A stretch of DNA of 64,000 nucleotides, taken from Oscillospiraceae bacterium (GTDB lineage Bacteria; Bacillota; Clostridia; Oscillospirales; UBA929). Shown in pieces: positions 52,886-63,297 of the stretch. The notes beneath the pieces were generated by a model. That model was not told where the DNA came from, did no database searches, and was given only the letters and a program-made list of their open reading frames with translations. The position numbers and the translations under genes are program-made. The stretch covers positions 42,020-106,019 of the forward strand of contig WRIZ01000001.1 in assembly GCA_009782475.1 (NCBI GenBank), in the 5' to 3' direction. Every line of letters starts with the position of its first letter. The stretch's first letter is position 1.

Positions 52886-55053
52886 GCAAAAACAGGCAAG
52901 GCGTTTTGATCTGCGGCGCGTACGGGCACGGTAACTCAGGCGACGACGCCATTTTAGAAGCCATCATCCGGGAAATGCGTGAAATCGACCCCGACATGCC
53001 CATTTGGGCGTTGTCCCGCAGGCCGAAAGAGACGAGGGAACGCTTCGGCATCGGCGCGGTTCATCATTTTAATTTTTTCGGCTTTATGCGCATCATGCGA
53101 AAGACACGGATGTATCTCAGCGGCGGCGGGAGCTTGATCCAAGACGCCACCAGCCGGCGCAGTTTGTGGTATTACCTCAAATCGATCAAAATGGCCAAGA
53201 AACGCGGCAACCTCACGGTGATGTACGGGTGCGGCATCGGCCCCGTCGGCCACAAAGGCGGGCGGAAACAAACGGCGCGCATCATCAACCGATATGTAGA
53301 CGCCATCACCCTGCGCGAGGATTCGAGCCTGGAAGAGCTGAAACAGCTCGGCGTTGACCGCCCCGAGATCGTTTTGGCTTCCGACCCGGTGCTGGCATTG
53401 CCGTCCGCGCCGGAGGAAGAGGTCACCGCCGCGCTGACCCAATACGGATTGAACCCGGACGGGCGTTACCTCTGCTTTGCCCTCCGCAACTGGCAGGGAT
53501 TCCATGAAAAGGCTCCTATTTTTGCCGCGGCTGCCAATCGGGCTTATGAGGTTTACGGCCTGACCCCGGTGTTTGTGGCCATCAACCACCGCAGCGACGG
53601 CGACGCCGCCAACGCGGTCACCGGGCTTTTACAGACACCCTATCATGTGATCAGCGAACCGCTGACCAGCGGGTTGGCCATCGGCATCATGTCGCGCATG
53701 ACGGCGGTTGTGGCGATGCGCCTGCATGGGCTGGTGTTCGCGGCCAGCCGCGGCGTCCCGCTGATCGGCGTGGATTATGACCCCAAGGTCACGGCCTTTC
53801 TGCAATACGCCGGGCAGGAGATGTTTGTCCCCTTTCGGTCGATGGACGAAAACACCCTAAACGGATACATCGACCGCGCCATGGACGCCGGGGTGAGCCA
53901 ACGGTTCGCGGAAAACGCGCGGCGGCTGGCCGGACTCGAACGCCGCAATGTGGAAACCGCCCGAAAACTATACGCCCCGGAGGAAGACGGGCAGCTCAAA
54001 CGCATCGCTGTTTTTCAAATCGACTTGGACGTCGGCGGGATACAGCGTTCGCTGATCAACTTCCTCAGCGGCATTGACTATGAGCAATGCAAAGTTGACC
54101 TCTATCTCTACGAAGACAGCAAGTTTTTTCAGTTTCAGGAGCATCCCCATCTGCGTGTCCGATACCTGAAGCCCTATCCTTATCTCAGCCGGGTCGTTTA
54201 TTTCAATCTCTTGCGGAAGCTGGTCAAACCCCCGGGCGGCGGGCGGGTTTACGACACTGTCATTGATTTCAACAGCTACCAAAACGAATGCGCCGTCGGT
54301 GCGCTGGGCGTCACGGCCAAAAAGCGCGTCATGTGGCTCCACAACGACATTGAGATCAAACGGCAAAACGAAGTCAAATATCGAATCCTTTGGCACTTTT
54401 TCAAGAAAAAATTTGCCCGTTTTGATGGATTCTGCGCCGTTTCCCCCGGGATCATCGAAGGGTTCCGCCGGGTGTCCGGCGTTCGGGATAAACCTGTGAC
54501 CGCGATTGCAAACTTTATCGACACAGCCGAGATTTTCAAAAAAGCGGAAGAAGAGACCCCCTTCACCGTTGACCCGGCGCACTACAATCTCTGTACAATG
54601 GGTCGCATCTGCCACCAAAAGGGCTTTGACATCCTGATGGACATTCTAGCCCGCGTCGTCCCGCACAGACCCGACCTGCGGTTTTACCTGATCGGCGACG
54701 GCCCCGGCAAAGGCAAACTCCTCCGTCAAATCGGTAAACTGGGGCTGGGCGGGGTGGTGACCCTGCTGGGCAACCAGCCCAACCCCTTCCCCTATCTGCG
54801 CCAAATGGACGGTTTCGCGCTGACCAGCCGTTACGAGGGGCAGGGCATGGTGATATGGGAAGCCAAGTCTTTGGGGCTTGACCTGTTCGTCTCTAAAAAC
54901 CTCGAACCGTACAATCCCGGCATCCGCGGGATTGACGACATTGCCGGAGCGTTGATTTCGGCGAAAAAGCGCGAAAAAACGACCGATGACCTGTCGGAGT
55001 ATAATGAAACCGTCCGCAAAGCACTATTCAATGTATTGGAGCTGAAAGGTTGA
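52882..55053 (+). CDS. Fusion of polysaccharide pyruvyl transferase (CsaB-like) and GT4/GT1-type glycosyltransferase
   Basis: N-terminus: GAYGHGNSGDDAILEAI and RLHGLVFA. The C-terminal half has the GT-B motif (GRICHQKGFD ... SRYEGQGMVIWEA). Confidence 0.75.
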   Translation: MSKNRQGVLICGAYGHGNSGDDAILEAIIREMREIDPDMPIWALSRRPKETRERFGIGAVHHFNFFGFMRIMRKTRMYLSGGGSLIQDATSRRSLWYYLKSIKMAKKRGNLTVMYGCGIGPVGHKGGRKQTARIINRYVDAITLREDSSLEELKQLGVDRPEIVLASDPVLALPSAPEEEVTAALTQYGLNPDGRYLCFALRNWQGFHEKAPIFAAAANRAYEVYGLTPVFVAINHRSDGDAANAVTGLLQTPYHVISEPLTSGLAIGIMSRMTAVVAMRLHGLVFAASRGVPLIGVDYDPKVTAFLQYAGQEMFVPFRSMDENTLNGYIDRAMDAGVSQRFAENARRLAGLERRNVETARKLYAPEEDGQLKRIAVFQIDLDVGGIQRSLINFLSGIDYEQCKVDLYLYEDSKFFQFQEHPHLRVRYLKPYPYLSRVVYFNLLRKLVKPPGGGRVYDTVIDFNSYQNECAVGALGVTAKKRVMWLHNDIEIKRQNEVKYRILWHFFKKKFARFDGFCAVSPGIIEGFRRVSGVRDKPVTAIANFIDTAEIFKKAEEETPFTVDPAHYNLCTMGRICHQKGFDILMDILARVVPHRPDLRFYLIGDGPGKGKLLRQIGKLGLGGVVTLLGNQPNPFPYLRQMDGFALTSRYEGQGMVIWEAKSLGLDLFVSKNLEPYNPGIRGIDDIAGALISAKKREKTTDDLSEYNETVRKALFNVLELKG

Positions 55054-55871
55054 AACGCATTTTGGTTGTATCGGCAGAGCCGTGGAGCCGCGAGAAAGAC
55101 CGTGTGAATTGTCTCGCCTCCCGGATGCCTGAGGTTGACTTCCGGTTTCTCAGCCCGGTTGACATGAAAGGGTTGTTCAAAGAAACCCGGTTCAAACGGC
55201 AGTTTGCAAAAGCGGTGGAAGCCTCCGTCCTCATCCTCGTCTCCCCGGCCGCCCACGCCGGACGGCTGCAATCGTCCGGCAAGCCTGTCCTCCCTCTGCC
55301 CGCCGGTGTGGATTTTGAGGCGTTTTCCAGCGCGGCCGAACGGAACCTCCCCTTCCCGGACGATTTATTCAACGTCAAAAACCCCATCATCGGGCACACA
55401 GGATCGGTGGATGAATCCGTCAACCTCCAAACCGTGGCCGAAGCCGCCGAAGCCCACCCGGAATGGGCTTTCGTCTTTGCCGGCCCGATTCTCACCGACA
55501 CCGCCGTATGGAAACCCTTCCCGAACATTCATCTGCTCGGGGAAAAGCCTCCCGGCCACCTGCCGGCCTATGTCAGCCGTTTTGACGTTTGCGTCAACCT
55601 TGCGAAAAGTGCCGCCGCGCCGCCGGAGAAGCTCTACGAATACCTCGCCTCCGGCAAGCCCATTGTCTCGACCCCGCACCCGGCGCAGGTGCTGGACTAC
55701 ACCGAGGCGGTATACCTCGCGGGGACGCCCGGGGAGTTCATCGCCTGCTGCAAGAAAGCCATCAGTGAGCGTGACGCGTGGAAGACGCGCCGCCGGATCG
55801 AATACGGGAGAGCCGCGAGCTGGGACGCCCGCGCCGCCGATTTGGAGAGAACAATCAAAGAATTATCATAA
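55050..55871 (+). CDS. Glycosyltransferase-like protein (GT-B C-terminal domain, TuaH-like)
   Basis: IGHTGSVDESVN ... EKLYEYLASGKPIVST pattern. 4-nt overlap with the upstream gene. Confidence 0.55.
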   Translation: MKRILVVSAEPWSREKDRVNCLASRMPEVDFRFLSPVDMKGLFKETRFKRQFAKAVEASVLILVSPAAHAGRLQSSGKPVLPLPAGVDFEAFSSAAERNLPFPDDLFNVKNPIIGHTGSVDESVNLQTVAEAAEAHPEWAFVFAGPILTDTAVWKPFPNIHLLGEKPPGHLPAYVSRFDVCVNLAKSAAAPPEKLYEYLASGKPIVSTPHPAQVLDYTEAVYLAGTPGEFIACCKKAISERDAWKTRRRIEYGRAASWDARAADLERTIKELS

Positions 55872-55902
55872 ATAAAGAAACGAAAAGAAGGGATGGTACA
55901 TC

Positions 55903-56403
55903 ATGAAAAAAGTCGCCGTACTGATGGGTTCGATCTCCGACAAACCTGTGCTGGACAAAACCTTCGCCGTGCTGGACGAATTGAAAATCCCCTATGAAGG
56001 GCGCGTTTGCTCGGCGCACAGGACGCCTGAACGGGCCACCGAGTTTGTGCTCGGTGCCGAACAAAACGGTTTTGGCGTACTCATTGCCGCGGCGGGGCTG
56101 GCCGCCCATTTGGCCGGGTCTTGCGCGGCGCGTACCCATTTGCCCATTATCGGCATTCCGGTGCAGGGCGGCGGGCTGGGTGGTTTAGACGCCTTGCTGG
56201 CGACCGTTCAGATGCCGCCGGGCTTCCCCGTTGCCACCGTTGCCGTCAACGGGGGCGAAAACGCTGCCCTGCTGGCGGCGCAGATCCTCGCGCTGGAAGA
56301 CGCCGGGTTGCGGGAACGGCTGCTTGCCTACCGCAAAAAGTTAAGCGACAAAGCCGACGCGGCCGACCGTGAACTTTGTCAGGCCTTGAAGCAAAATGGG
56401 TGA
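55903..56403 (+). CDS. purE: 5-(carboxyamino)imidazole ribonucleotide mutase
   Basis: VLMGSISD, SAHRTP and GAAGLAAHLAG-type motifs; 166 aa. Confidence 0.93.
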   Translation: MKKVAVLMGSISDKPVLDKTFAVLDELKIPYEGRVCSAHRTPERATEFVLGAEQNGFGVLIAAAGLAAHLAGSCAARTHLPIIGIPVQGGGLGGLDALLATVQMPPGFPVATVAVNGGENAALLAAQILALEDAGLRERLLAYRKKLSDKADAADRELCQALKQNG

Positions 56404-57877
56404 ACTGCATGAAGCCTGCGGCGTTTTCGGCATCGTAGGCCAACCGGCTCCTCAGCAAATGACCGACGCTTCCTCCAGTTTGGCCATCGACACCTACCAC
56501 GCTCTGTATGCCTTGCAGCACCGGGGGCAGACTTCGGCGGGCATCGCCTCCTCCGGCAGCGAAGGCATCCGTTATAAGAAGGGCGACGGTCTTGTTCAGG
56601 AAGTTTTTGACTTTGATTCGCTGAAAAAACTGACCGGGCATATGGCCATCGGCCATGTCCGTTACGCGGCGCAGCGCGGGATGTCGGGCGTCAATGCCCA
56701 GCCGCTGGCCGTCGAAACGCTCGGTATGCAGATCGCGCTGGCGTTCAACGGAAACCTGACCAATGCCGAACAGCTGCGCATCGCCATTGAAAATCAGGGG
56801 GGTATCCTCCAAACCACCGGCGACGCTGAAATCATCCTTTACGCCATTGTCCGCAAGCTGCTGGAAACACGCTCACCCGAACAGAAAACGCTGCTCGAAA
56901 ACGCTGTGCTGGAAGTCATGCCGCTGCTCAAAGGTGCCTACTCGCTTTTGATCCTTGCGCGGGATAAGATCATCGCGGCGCGCGACCCGCACGGCTTCCG
57001 CCCGCTCTGCATCGGGAGGCGTGCCGCCTCTCCCGTTGGCGCGCACGGCGCGCAGGACGGGGGGTTTGGGGAGATTGTCTTCGCGTCCGAAAGCTGCGCG
57101 CTGGACGTGGTGAACGCAACCTTTGAGCGGGACGTTAAGCCGGGCGAAGTCATTGTCGCCTCGCCGGGCAACCTCAAAAGCCTTTCGGTTCAAGCGGCCA
57201 AACGCTGCTCGCTGTGCGCTTTTGAATTTGTTTACTTCGCCCGCCCCGACAGCGTGATCGACGGGCAATCGGTGGAGGTTTCGCGGACTCTTGCCGGGCA
57301 GTGCCTAGCTAGGAGCAGCCCGGTGGAAGCCGACGTTGTGATCGGCGTCCCCGATTCGGGCATCTCGTCGGCGGTGGGTTACGCACAGCAGTCGGGTATC
57401 CCGTACGCGATGGGTTTTGTCAAAAACCGCTACATCGGGCGCACCTTTATTCAGGAAACGCAGTGGCTGCGCGAACAGTCCCTCCGCATCAAACTCAATG
57501 TGATCGCGTCTGCCGTGCGCGGCAAGCGCGTCATCATGGTGGATGACTCCATTGTGCGCGGGACAACGATCAACCGTGTCGTCTCTCTCGTCCGCGAGGC
57601 CGGGGCGACCCAAGTCCATATGCGCGTCACCTCACCGCCTTACATGCACCCCTGCTACTTCGGCACCGACATCCCCAACCGCGACCAGCTTCCGGCCAGC
57701 CGTTATACCGTGAAGGAATTGGCTGATAAAATCGGCGTGGACTCGCTAGCGTTTCTCAGTATTGACGATCTCCCGGCCGTCACGCCCGATTTGAAGATAA
57801 CCCGCTGCGACGCCTGCTTTACCGGGAACTATCCGGTTCCCGTCGCGCTGGAAAAAACAGGAGGGGATTTTTTATGA
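56396..57877 (+). CDS. purF: Amidophosphoribosyltransferase
   Basis: N-terminal CGVFGI nucleophile, PRPP motif VIMVDDSIVRGTT, and C-terminal Cys ligands. Confidence 0.95.
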   Translation: MGELHEACGVFGIVGQPAPQQMTDASSSLAIDTYHALYALQHRGQTSAGIASSGSEGIRYKKGDGLVQEVFDFDSLKKLTGHMAIGHVRYAAQRGMSGVNAQPLAVETLGMQIALAFNGNLTNAEQLRIAIENQGGILQTTGDAEIILYAIVRKLLETRSPEQKTLLENAVLEVMPLLKGAYSLLILARDKIIAARDPHGFRPLCIGRRAASPVGAHGAQDGGFGEIVFASESCALDVVNATFERDVKPGEVIVASPGNLKSLSVQAAKRCSLCAFEFVYFARPDSVIDGQSVEVSRTLAGQCLARSSPVEADVVIGVPDSGISSAVGYAQQSGIPYAMGFVKNRYIGRTFIQETQWLREQSLRIKLNVIASAVRGKRVIMVDDSIVRGTTINRVVSLVREAGATQVHMRVTSPPYMHPCYFGTDIPNRDQLPASRYTVKELADKIGVDSLAFLSIDDLPAVTPDLKITRCDACFTGNYPVPVALEKTGGDFL

Positions 57878-58839
57878 ATCTTTCCTATAAAAACGCCGGA
57901 GTGGATGTTGAAGCCGGATACCGGGCGGTGGAACTGATGAAAGAGAGCGTCCGCTCGACCTATACCAAAGGGGTTTTGGGCGGCATCGGCGGGTTCGGCG
58001 GGCTGTTTGAACCCGACCTGGCCGGGATGAAACGCCCGGTGCTGGTCAGCGGCACCGACGGCGTGGGAACCAAGCTCAAACTGGCCTTTCAGCTGGACAA
58101 GCATGACACGGTCGGGATCGACTGCGTGGCCATGTGCGTCAACGACATCCTTTGCGCCGGAGCCGCGCCGCTCTTCTTTCTCGATTATATCGTCTGCGAA
58201 AAAGTCATCCCCGAACGCGTCGCTTCGGTGGTGAGCGGGATTGCCGAGGGTTGTAAACAGGCGGGAGCCGCCCTTCTCGGCGGCGAGACCGCCGAACATC
58301 CGGGTTGCTTCCCCGAGAACGAATACGACCTTGTTGGGTTCTGCTCGGGGATTGTTGATTATGAGAAACGCATAGACGGAAGCACGATACGCCCCGGCGA
58401 CGTTCTGGTCGGTCTGCCTTCGTCCGGGCTGCACTCCAACGGGTTTTCCCTCTACCGTAAAGTATACCCCTTCCCTTCGGCCGAATTGATGCTGGAAATG
58501 CTGACGCCCACGCGCATCTACGTGAACGATATAGCCGCCCTGCGGGAAAAAGTCACCGTTAAGGGGTTGGCCAACATCACCGGCGGCGGCTGGATCGAAA
58601 ACATCCCCCGGATGCTGCCCGGCGGGCTGGAAGCCGTTATGCGGCCGGACGCCGTCCCGGTGCCGGAGATTTTCCAGCGGATCATGCGCGACGGCGATGT
58701 GCCGCCGGAGGATATGTACAACACCGCCAACATGGGCGTCGGCATGGTGGCCTGCCTTTCGCCCGAGGACGCCGAACAAGCGGGGTACCCTGTCATTGGG
58801 CGGGTGGCCGAAGGGAGCCGAAAAATCACGTTATGGTAA
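57874..58839 (+). CDS. purM: Phosphoribosylformylglycinamidine cyclo-ligase (AIR synthase)
   Basis: YKNAGVDVEAG start, GTDGVGTKL and DCVAMCVND. Confidence 0.93.
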   Translation: MNLSYKNAGVDVEAGYRAVELMKESVRSTYTKGVLGGIGGFGGLFEPDLAGMKRPVLVSGTDGVGTKLKLAFQLDKHDTVGIDCVAMCVNDILCAGAAPLFFLDYIVCEKVIPERVASVVSGIAEGCKQAGAALLGGETAEHPGCFPENEYDLVGFCSGIVDYEKRIDGSTIRPGDVLVGLPSSGLHSNGFSLYRKVYPFPSAELMLEMLTPTRIYVNDIAALREKVTVKGLANITGGGWIENIPRMLPGGLEAVMRPDAVPVPEIFQRIMRDGDVPPEDMYNTANMGVGMVACLSPEDAEQAGYPVIGRVAEGSRKITLW

Positions 58840-59423
58840 GGATCGCCGTGTTGGTATCGGGCGGCGGAACCAACCTCCAAGCCCTGATCGACGGCGCGCC
58901 GTATGAAAACGGCGAACTGTCATTGGTTGTGTCGTCCAACCCGGACGCCTTCGCGCTGGAGCGCGCTAAGAAAGCCGGGATCGAAACGGTGACGCTCAGC
59001 CCGAAGGAATACGCCGACCGCGCCGTTTATACCGACGCGGTGGTTGACGCTCTTCTTGAAAAGGACATCGGTTTGGTGGTTTTTGCCGGATTTATGTTTA
59101 TCCTCACCCCGCGCTTTGCCGAAGTGTTTGCCAACCGCGCCCTCAATGTACATCCGGCTCTCATCCCGTCGTTCTGCGGCAAGGGCTTTTACGGGCTGCG
59201 GGTGCATCAGGCCGCGCTGGATACCGGCGTGAAAGTGACGGGTGCTTCGGTGCATTTCGTCACCGCCGGAGCCGACGAGGGGCCGATCGTTTCGCAGAGA
59301 GCCATTGACATACTGCCGGGCGACACGCCGGAGACATTGCAGCGGCGGGTGATGGAGAAATGCGAATGGCCGCTGCTCACGGCGGCCGTCCGGGATTTCT
59401 GCTTATCGGGGCATTCGTCATAG
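58833..59423 (+). CDS. purN: Phosphoribosylglycinamide formyltransferase
   Basis: VLVSGGGTNLQALID, NVHPALIP and TGASVHFV. Confidence 0.93.
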   Translation: MVRIAVLVSGGGTNLQALIDGAPYENGELSLVVSSNPDAFALERAKKAGIETVTLSPKEYADRAVYTDAVVDALLEKDIGLVVFAGFMFILTPRFAEVFANRALNVHPALIPSFCGKGFYGLRVHQAALDTGVKVTGASVHFVTAGADEGPIVSQRAIDILPGDTPETLQRRVMEKCEWPLLTAAVRDFCLSGHSS

Positions 59424-59445
59424 TTGATAAAAATATTATTATTTG

Positions 59446-59474
59446 CTTGACATTTTCAGTGAAATCATATATCA
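59446..59474 (+). promoter_or_regulatory. Promoter of the response-regulator/kinase operon
   Basis: TTGACA (59446-59451), 17 nt, TATCAT (59469-59474). Confidence 0.55.
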
Positions 59475-59508
59475 TATATTTTGCAGTATTGTCGTAAGGG
59501 GTGCGGAA

Positions 59509-60522
59509 ATGATGAAAACGATTTTCACAGTGGACGACAACAACTTGAACCTGATGATGATCGAAGAGGCGTTGGAAGAGCATTTCTCTGTAATGACCAT
59601 GCTTTCAGGGAAAAAACTCTTTCATATGCTGGAGACGATGATCCCCGACCTCATCCTGCTGGACGTAGCCATGCCCGATATGGACGGGTTTGAAGCCCTG
59701 CGTTTGTTAAAGGCCAACAAGCACTATGAGAAGATTCCCGTTGTCTTCCTCACGGCGCGGAACGATACGGCCAACGAAGTCCGCGGGTTTGAGATGGGCG
59801 CGGTCGATTTCATCCCCAAACCGTTTTCGGCTCCGGCTCTGCTCAACCGCGTGAAATCCCACCTGAGCGTTGACGAGCTCATACGGGAACGGACGGGGCA
59901 GCTCGACCGCCTGAAAAACGGCATCATCTCGGTTTTGGCCGACATGGTGGAAAACCGGGATCTCACCACAGGCGGACACATCGAACGAACGGCGACGTAC
60001 ATACGCATCCTGATCGACGCCATGCTGGAAAGAGGGCTGCATAACGAAGAACTCAGCTCATGGGATTTGGACATGGTCGCTTCGTCGGCTCGCCTGCACG
60101 ACGTCGGCAAGATCTCCGTCAGCGACCTCATCTTGAACAAACCCGGCAGGCTCACCCCCGATGAGTTTGAAAAAATAAAAGAGCATACCGTTGAGGGAGA
60201 GAAGATTATCGACCATATCGTCGATCAAACGGGGGAAGATGTCTTCTTAAAGCACGCCAAGCTGTTTGCCGGATATCATCACGAACGCTGGGACGGCGCG
60301 GGCTACCCTTACCGGCTGAAAGAAAACGACATCCCCCTGCACGGGCGGATCATGGCCATCGCCGACGCCTACGACGCCATCATCTCCGAACGCCCGTATA
60401 AAGAAGCCTATCCGCCCGAAACGGCCGAACGGATCATCATGGCCGACGCGGGCAAGCATTTCGACCCGGACATCGCGGATGTCTTCTATCAAGCGCGGGA
60501 GCAGTTCAAGGCGGTGCTGTAG
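59509..60522 (+). CDS. Response regulator with HD-GYP domain (c-di-GMP phosphodiesterase type)
   Basis: REC (LILLDVAMPDMDG), then HDVGKISV and HHERWDGAGYP. Confidence 0.88.
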   Translation: MMKTIFTVDDNNLNLMMIEEALEEHFSVMTMLSGKKLFHMLETMIPDLILLDVAMPDMDGFEALRLLKANKHYEKIPVVFLTARNDTANEVRGFEMGAVDFIPKPFSAPALLNRVKSHLSVDELIRERTGQLDRLKNGIISVLADMVENRDLTTGGHIERTATYIRILIDAMLERGLHNEELSSWDLDMVASSARLHDVGKISVSDLILNKPGRLTPDEFEKIKEHTVEGEKIIDHIVDQTGEDVFLKHAKLFAGYHHERWDGAGYPYRLKENDIPLHGRIMAIADAYDAIISERPYKEAYPPETAERIIMADAGKHFDPDIADVFYQAREQFKAVL

Positions 60523-60528
60523 GAAAAT

Positions 60529-63297
60529 ATGTCTACGATACGCGCGCTGATCCGCAAATTCAAAAACATGAGGCTGCCTTACGCGCAGGTATGTCTTGTG
60601 GTCGCCGCTTTTGCGCTGATGGTATACGCAAGTTACTTTTACACGAGTAAAATAGAACGCGATCATCTGATGAAAGACGCCGAAGACGCGCTGATCCAAG
60701 CGCAATCCTATATCGACGCCGACTTGAAAGAGCCGGAATCGACACTTGCCTTGATCGCTGAAACCATTCGCATGATGCTCATGCAGGGCGAGGATCATGC
60801 CCTGATCAATGCGTATATGGTGGATGTCACCGATTATATGATGGATAACGAAGGGCTGTTGTATCATAACAACGGCATTTTTGGCGTTTTTGACTGTTTC
60901 GGCGGGCAATATATAGACGGCTCCGGCTGGATCCCGGATGATGATTATATCCCCGAAAGCCGTCCTTGGTATGCAGCCGCCTTGGAGGCCAACGGGCAAA
61001 TCGGCATCACCGAGCCATATTTTGCTTTGGCTTTCGGCGGGGTCGCCACCATCACATACGCACGGCAAATCTTTGACGGCGACGGCGTCGCGCTGGGTGT
61101 CGTCTGCCTCGACATCATGCTGGACAGGATCGCCGATTATGCCGTAAGCCGGCAGCTGACCTCCGACGGTTACGGCATATTACTGAACAAGGACATGGAC
61201 GTCATCGCCCACCCGGATGAAACCTATCTGAACAAAACGATTTATGACTTAAACGGCGGGGAAGCCGTTGCGGCCGATATACTGGCCGGTAAGGATTTCG
61301 GATGGTATGACTGGATCAGTTATAAGGATGAACGCGCCTCCATCTTTTACAAACGTCTCGGCAACGGATGGTATTTGGGGATCGTCACCCCCTATGACGC
61401 GTATTACAAAAGCATTAAGGATATGGCGTTGGTTCTCACCGCTCTCGGTTTGGCTTTGGCGGCGGCACTCAGTGCCGTCCTCCTGCGCATCACCGCGGCA
61501 AGGGTGCGCTCAGACGAGGAAAGCCGGTTGAAAAGCCATTTTCTGGCGACGGTGAGCCATGAGATCCGCACCCCGCTCAACGCCATTCTCGGCGTCACCG
61601 AGATCGAGCTGCTTGACGAAAACCTCTCCCCCGGACTGCAGGAATCTCTCAAACGCATCTACAGTTCGGGCTATTCCCTGCTCAGCATCATCAATGATTT
61701 GCTCGACCTCTCCAAAATCGAAGCCGGAAAGATGGAGATATTGCCCGCCCGGTATGAACTGGCCAGCTTGGTCAACGACGTCATACAATTTAACATCCTG
61801 CGGCTCGGCGCGAAACCGCTTGAGTTTGAACTGCAAATTGACGAGGATACCCCGGCTGTCTTGGTGGGCGACGAGATCCGCGTCAAACAGGTGCTCAACA
61901 ACCTCCTTTCCAACGCGCTGAAGTATACCGAGCAAGGCAAAGTCATCCTTCACGTTTCCTCGCGGACAGAAGGGGACGGAAACCCTGTCCTCTGCTTTGT
62001 CATCCGCGATACCGGATACGGTATGACCGCCGAACAGATCAGCAAGCTCTTTGACGATTACTCCCGATTTGTATCAGATTCGGCGCGCGGGACGGTCGGA
62101 ACCGGCCTCGGAATGAGCATCACAAAGCAGCTTTTGAACTTGATGGGCGGTTCGATCTTTGTGGAAAGCCAGCCGGGAGTCGGCTCGGTCTTTACCGTGC
62201 ATCTTCCGCAAAAAGACGGCGAGGGCGGCCCGCTGGGCAGAGAACTGGCTGAGAATTTACAGCAGATGCGCGTTGATACCAAAGCGGCGATACGGGAGCG
62301 TTTTTCACGCGAATATATGCCCTACGGCAGCGTTTTGGCCGTGGACGATGTGGAATCCAATTTGTTTGTCATCAAAGGGCTGCTGACGCCGTACGGTCTC
62401 GCCATCGACACGGCCGAGAGCGGGTTTGAAGCCATCGCCAAAATCAAAAGCGGCAGGGAGTATGACGTCATCCTGATGGATCATATGATGCCGGAGATGG
62501 ACGGCATCGAAGCGGTGCAAAGAATCCGTGAACAGGGGTATACCGCCCCGATCGTCGCGTTGACAGCCAACGCTATGCTCGGACAGGCCGAAATGTTTTT
62601 GAGCCGCGGGTTTGACGCTTTCATTTCCAAACCGGTCGATCTCCGCCAGCTCGACCTTGTCCTCAATCAAATGGTGCGTGACCGGCATCCGCCGGAAACG
62701 GTGGAAACAGCCCGCAGGCAAAAACGGAACGCGGTGAAACTTCCCGCGCCCTCTTATACGTCGGAATTGAAAAAATTCTTCGTCCGTGACGCCGAAAAAG
62801 CCGCCGCCGCGCTGGAGTCACTTCTCGGCCGGTGGGACGCCCCGCTGGACGACGACCTGGCGGTCTATACCGTCAATGTCCACTCCTTGAAGAGCGCGCT
62901 GTCCAACATTGGGGAGACAGACCTCTCCGCCGCCGCCCTCAGGCTTGAACAAGCCGGGCGGGAGCGCGATTTGGCCGTCATGGCCGAAGAAACGGCACCC
63001 TTCTTAACCGAACTTTGGGCGGTCATCGAAAAGGTAAAACCCGCCGAAGAAGCGGGGGGAGGCGAACTGACGGAAGAAGACAAGGTCTTTTTGAAGGAAA
63101 AATGGCTGATTATCCGGGACGCTTGCCGCGCCTACGATAAAAAGACCGCCAAACACGCCCTGACGGAACTCAAAAGCAAACCGTATCCGCGCCCTGTCAG
63201 AATACAGCTGGACGCCGTGACCGAGCATCTGCTGCACAGCGACTTTGAGGAAGCCGCCGTTGTGGCCGAACGCGAAGCGGAAAAGATCAATTTCTAA
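60529..63297 (+). CDS. Hybrid sensor histidine kinase (Cache-like periplasmic domain, HisKA, HATPase_c, REC, HPt)
   Basis: SHEIRTPLNAILG H-box, DTGYGM/GTGLGMS ATPase boxes, receiver ILMDHMMPEMDG, and a C-terminal HSLKSALSNIG HPt. Confidence 0.9.
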   Translation: MSTIRALIRKFKNMRLPYAQVCLVVAAFALMVYASYFYTSKIERDHLMKDAEDALIQAQSYIDADLKEPESTLALIAETIRMMLMQGEDHALINAYMVDVTDYMMDNEGLLYHNNGIFGVFDCFGGQYIDGSGWIPDDDYIPESRPWYAAALEANGQIGITEPYFALAFGGVATITYARQIFDGDGVALGVVCLDIMLDRIADYAVSRQLTSDGYGILLNKDMDVIAHPDETYLNKTIYDLNGGEAVAADILAGKDFGWYDWISYKDERASIFYKRLGNGWYLGIVTPYDAYYKSIKDMALVLTALGLALAAALSAVLLRITAARVRSDEESRLKSHFLATVSHEIRTPLNAILGVTEIELLDENLSPGLQESLKRIYSSGYSLLSIINDLLDLSKIEAGKMEILPARYELASLVNDVIQFNILRLGAKPLEFELQIDEDTPAVLVGDEIRVKQVLNNLLSNALKYTEQGKVILHVSSRTEGDGNPVLCFVIRDTGYGMTAEQISKLFDDYSRFVSDSARGTVGTGLGMSITKQLLNLMGGSIFVESQPGVGSVFTVHLPQKDGEGGPLGRELAENLQQMRVDTKAAIRERFSREYMPYGSVLAVDDVESNLFVIKGLLTPYGLAIDTAESGFEAIAKIKSGREYDVILMDHMMPEMDGIEAVQRIREQGYTAPIVALTANAMLGQAEMFLSRGFDAFISKPVDLRQLDLVLNQMVRDRHPPETVETARRQKRNAVKLPAPSYTSELKKFFVRDAEKAAAALESLLGRWDAPLDDDLAVYTVNVHSLKSALSNIGETDLSAAALRLEQAGRERDLAVMAEETAPFLTELWAVIEKVKPAEEAGGGELTEEDKVFLKEKWLIIRDACRAYDKKTAKHALTELKSKPYPRPVRIQLDAVTEHLLHSDFEEAAVVAEREAEKINF

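Noticed and set aside
17008-59423. Scattering of the purine pathway (purD, purC, purH, purL, purEFMN) over 42 kb as a possible special arrangement.
   Set aside because: Each gene or group has its own plausible promoter. Dispersed pur genes are common outside Bacillus, so this is noted only as context for where accessory DNA has accumulated.
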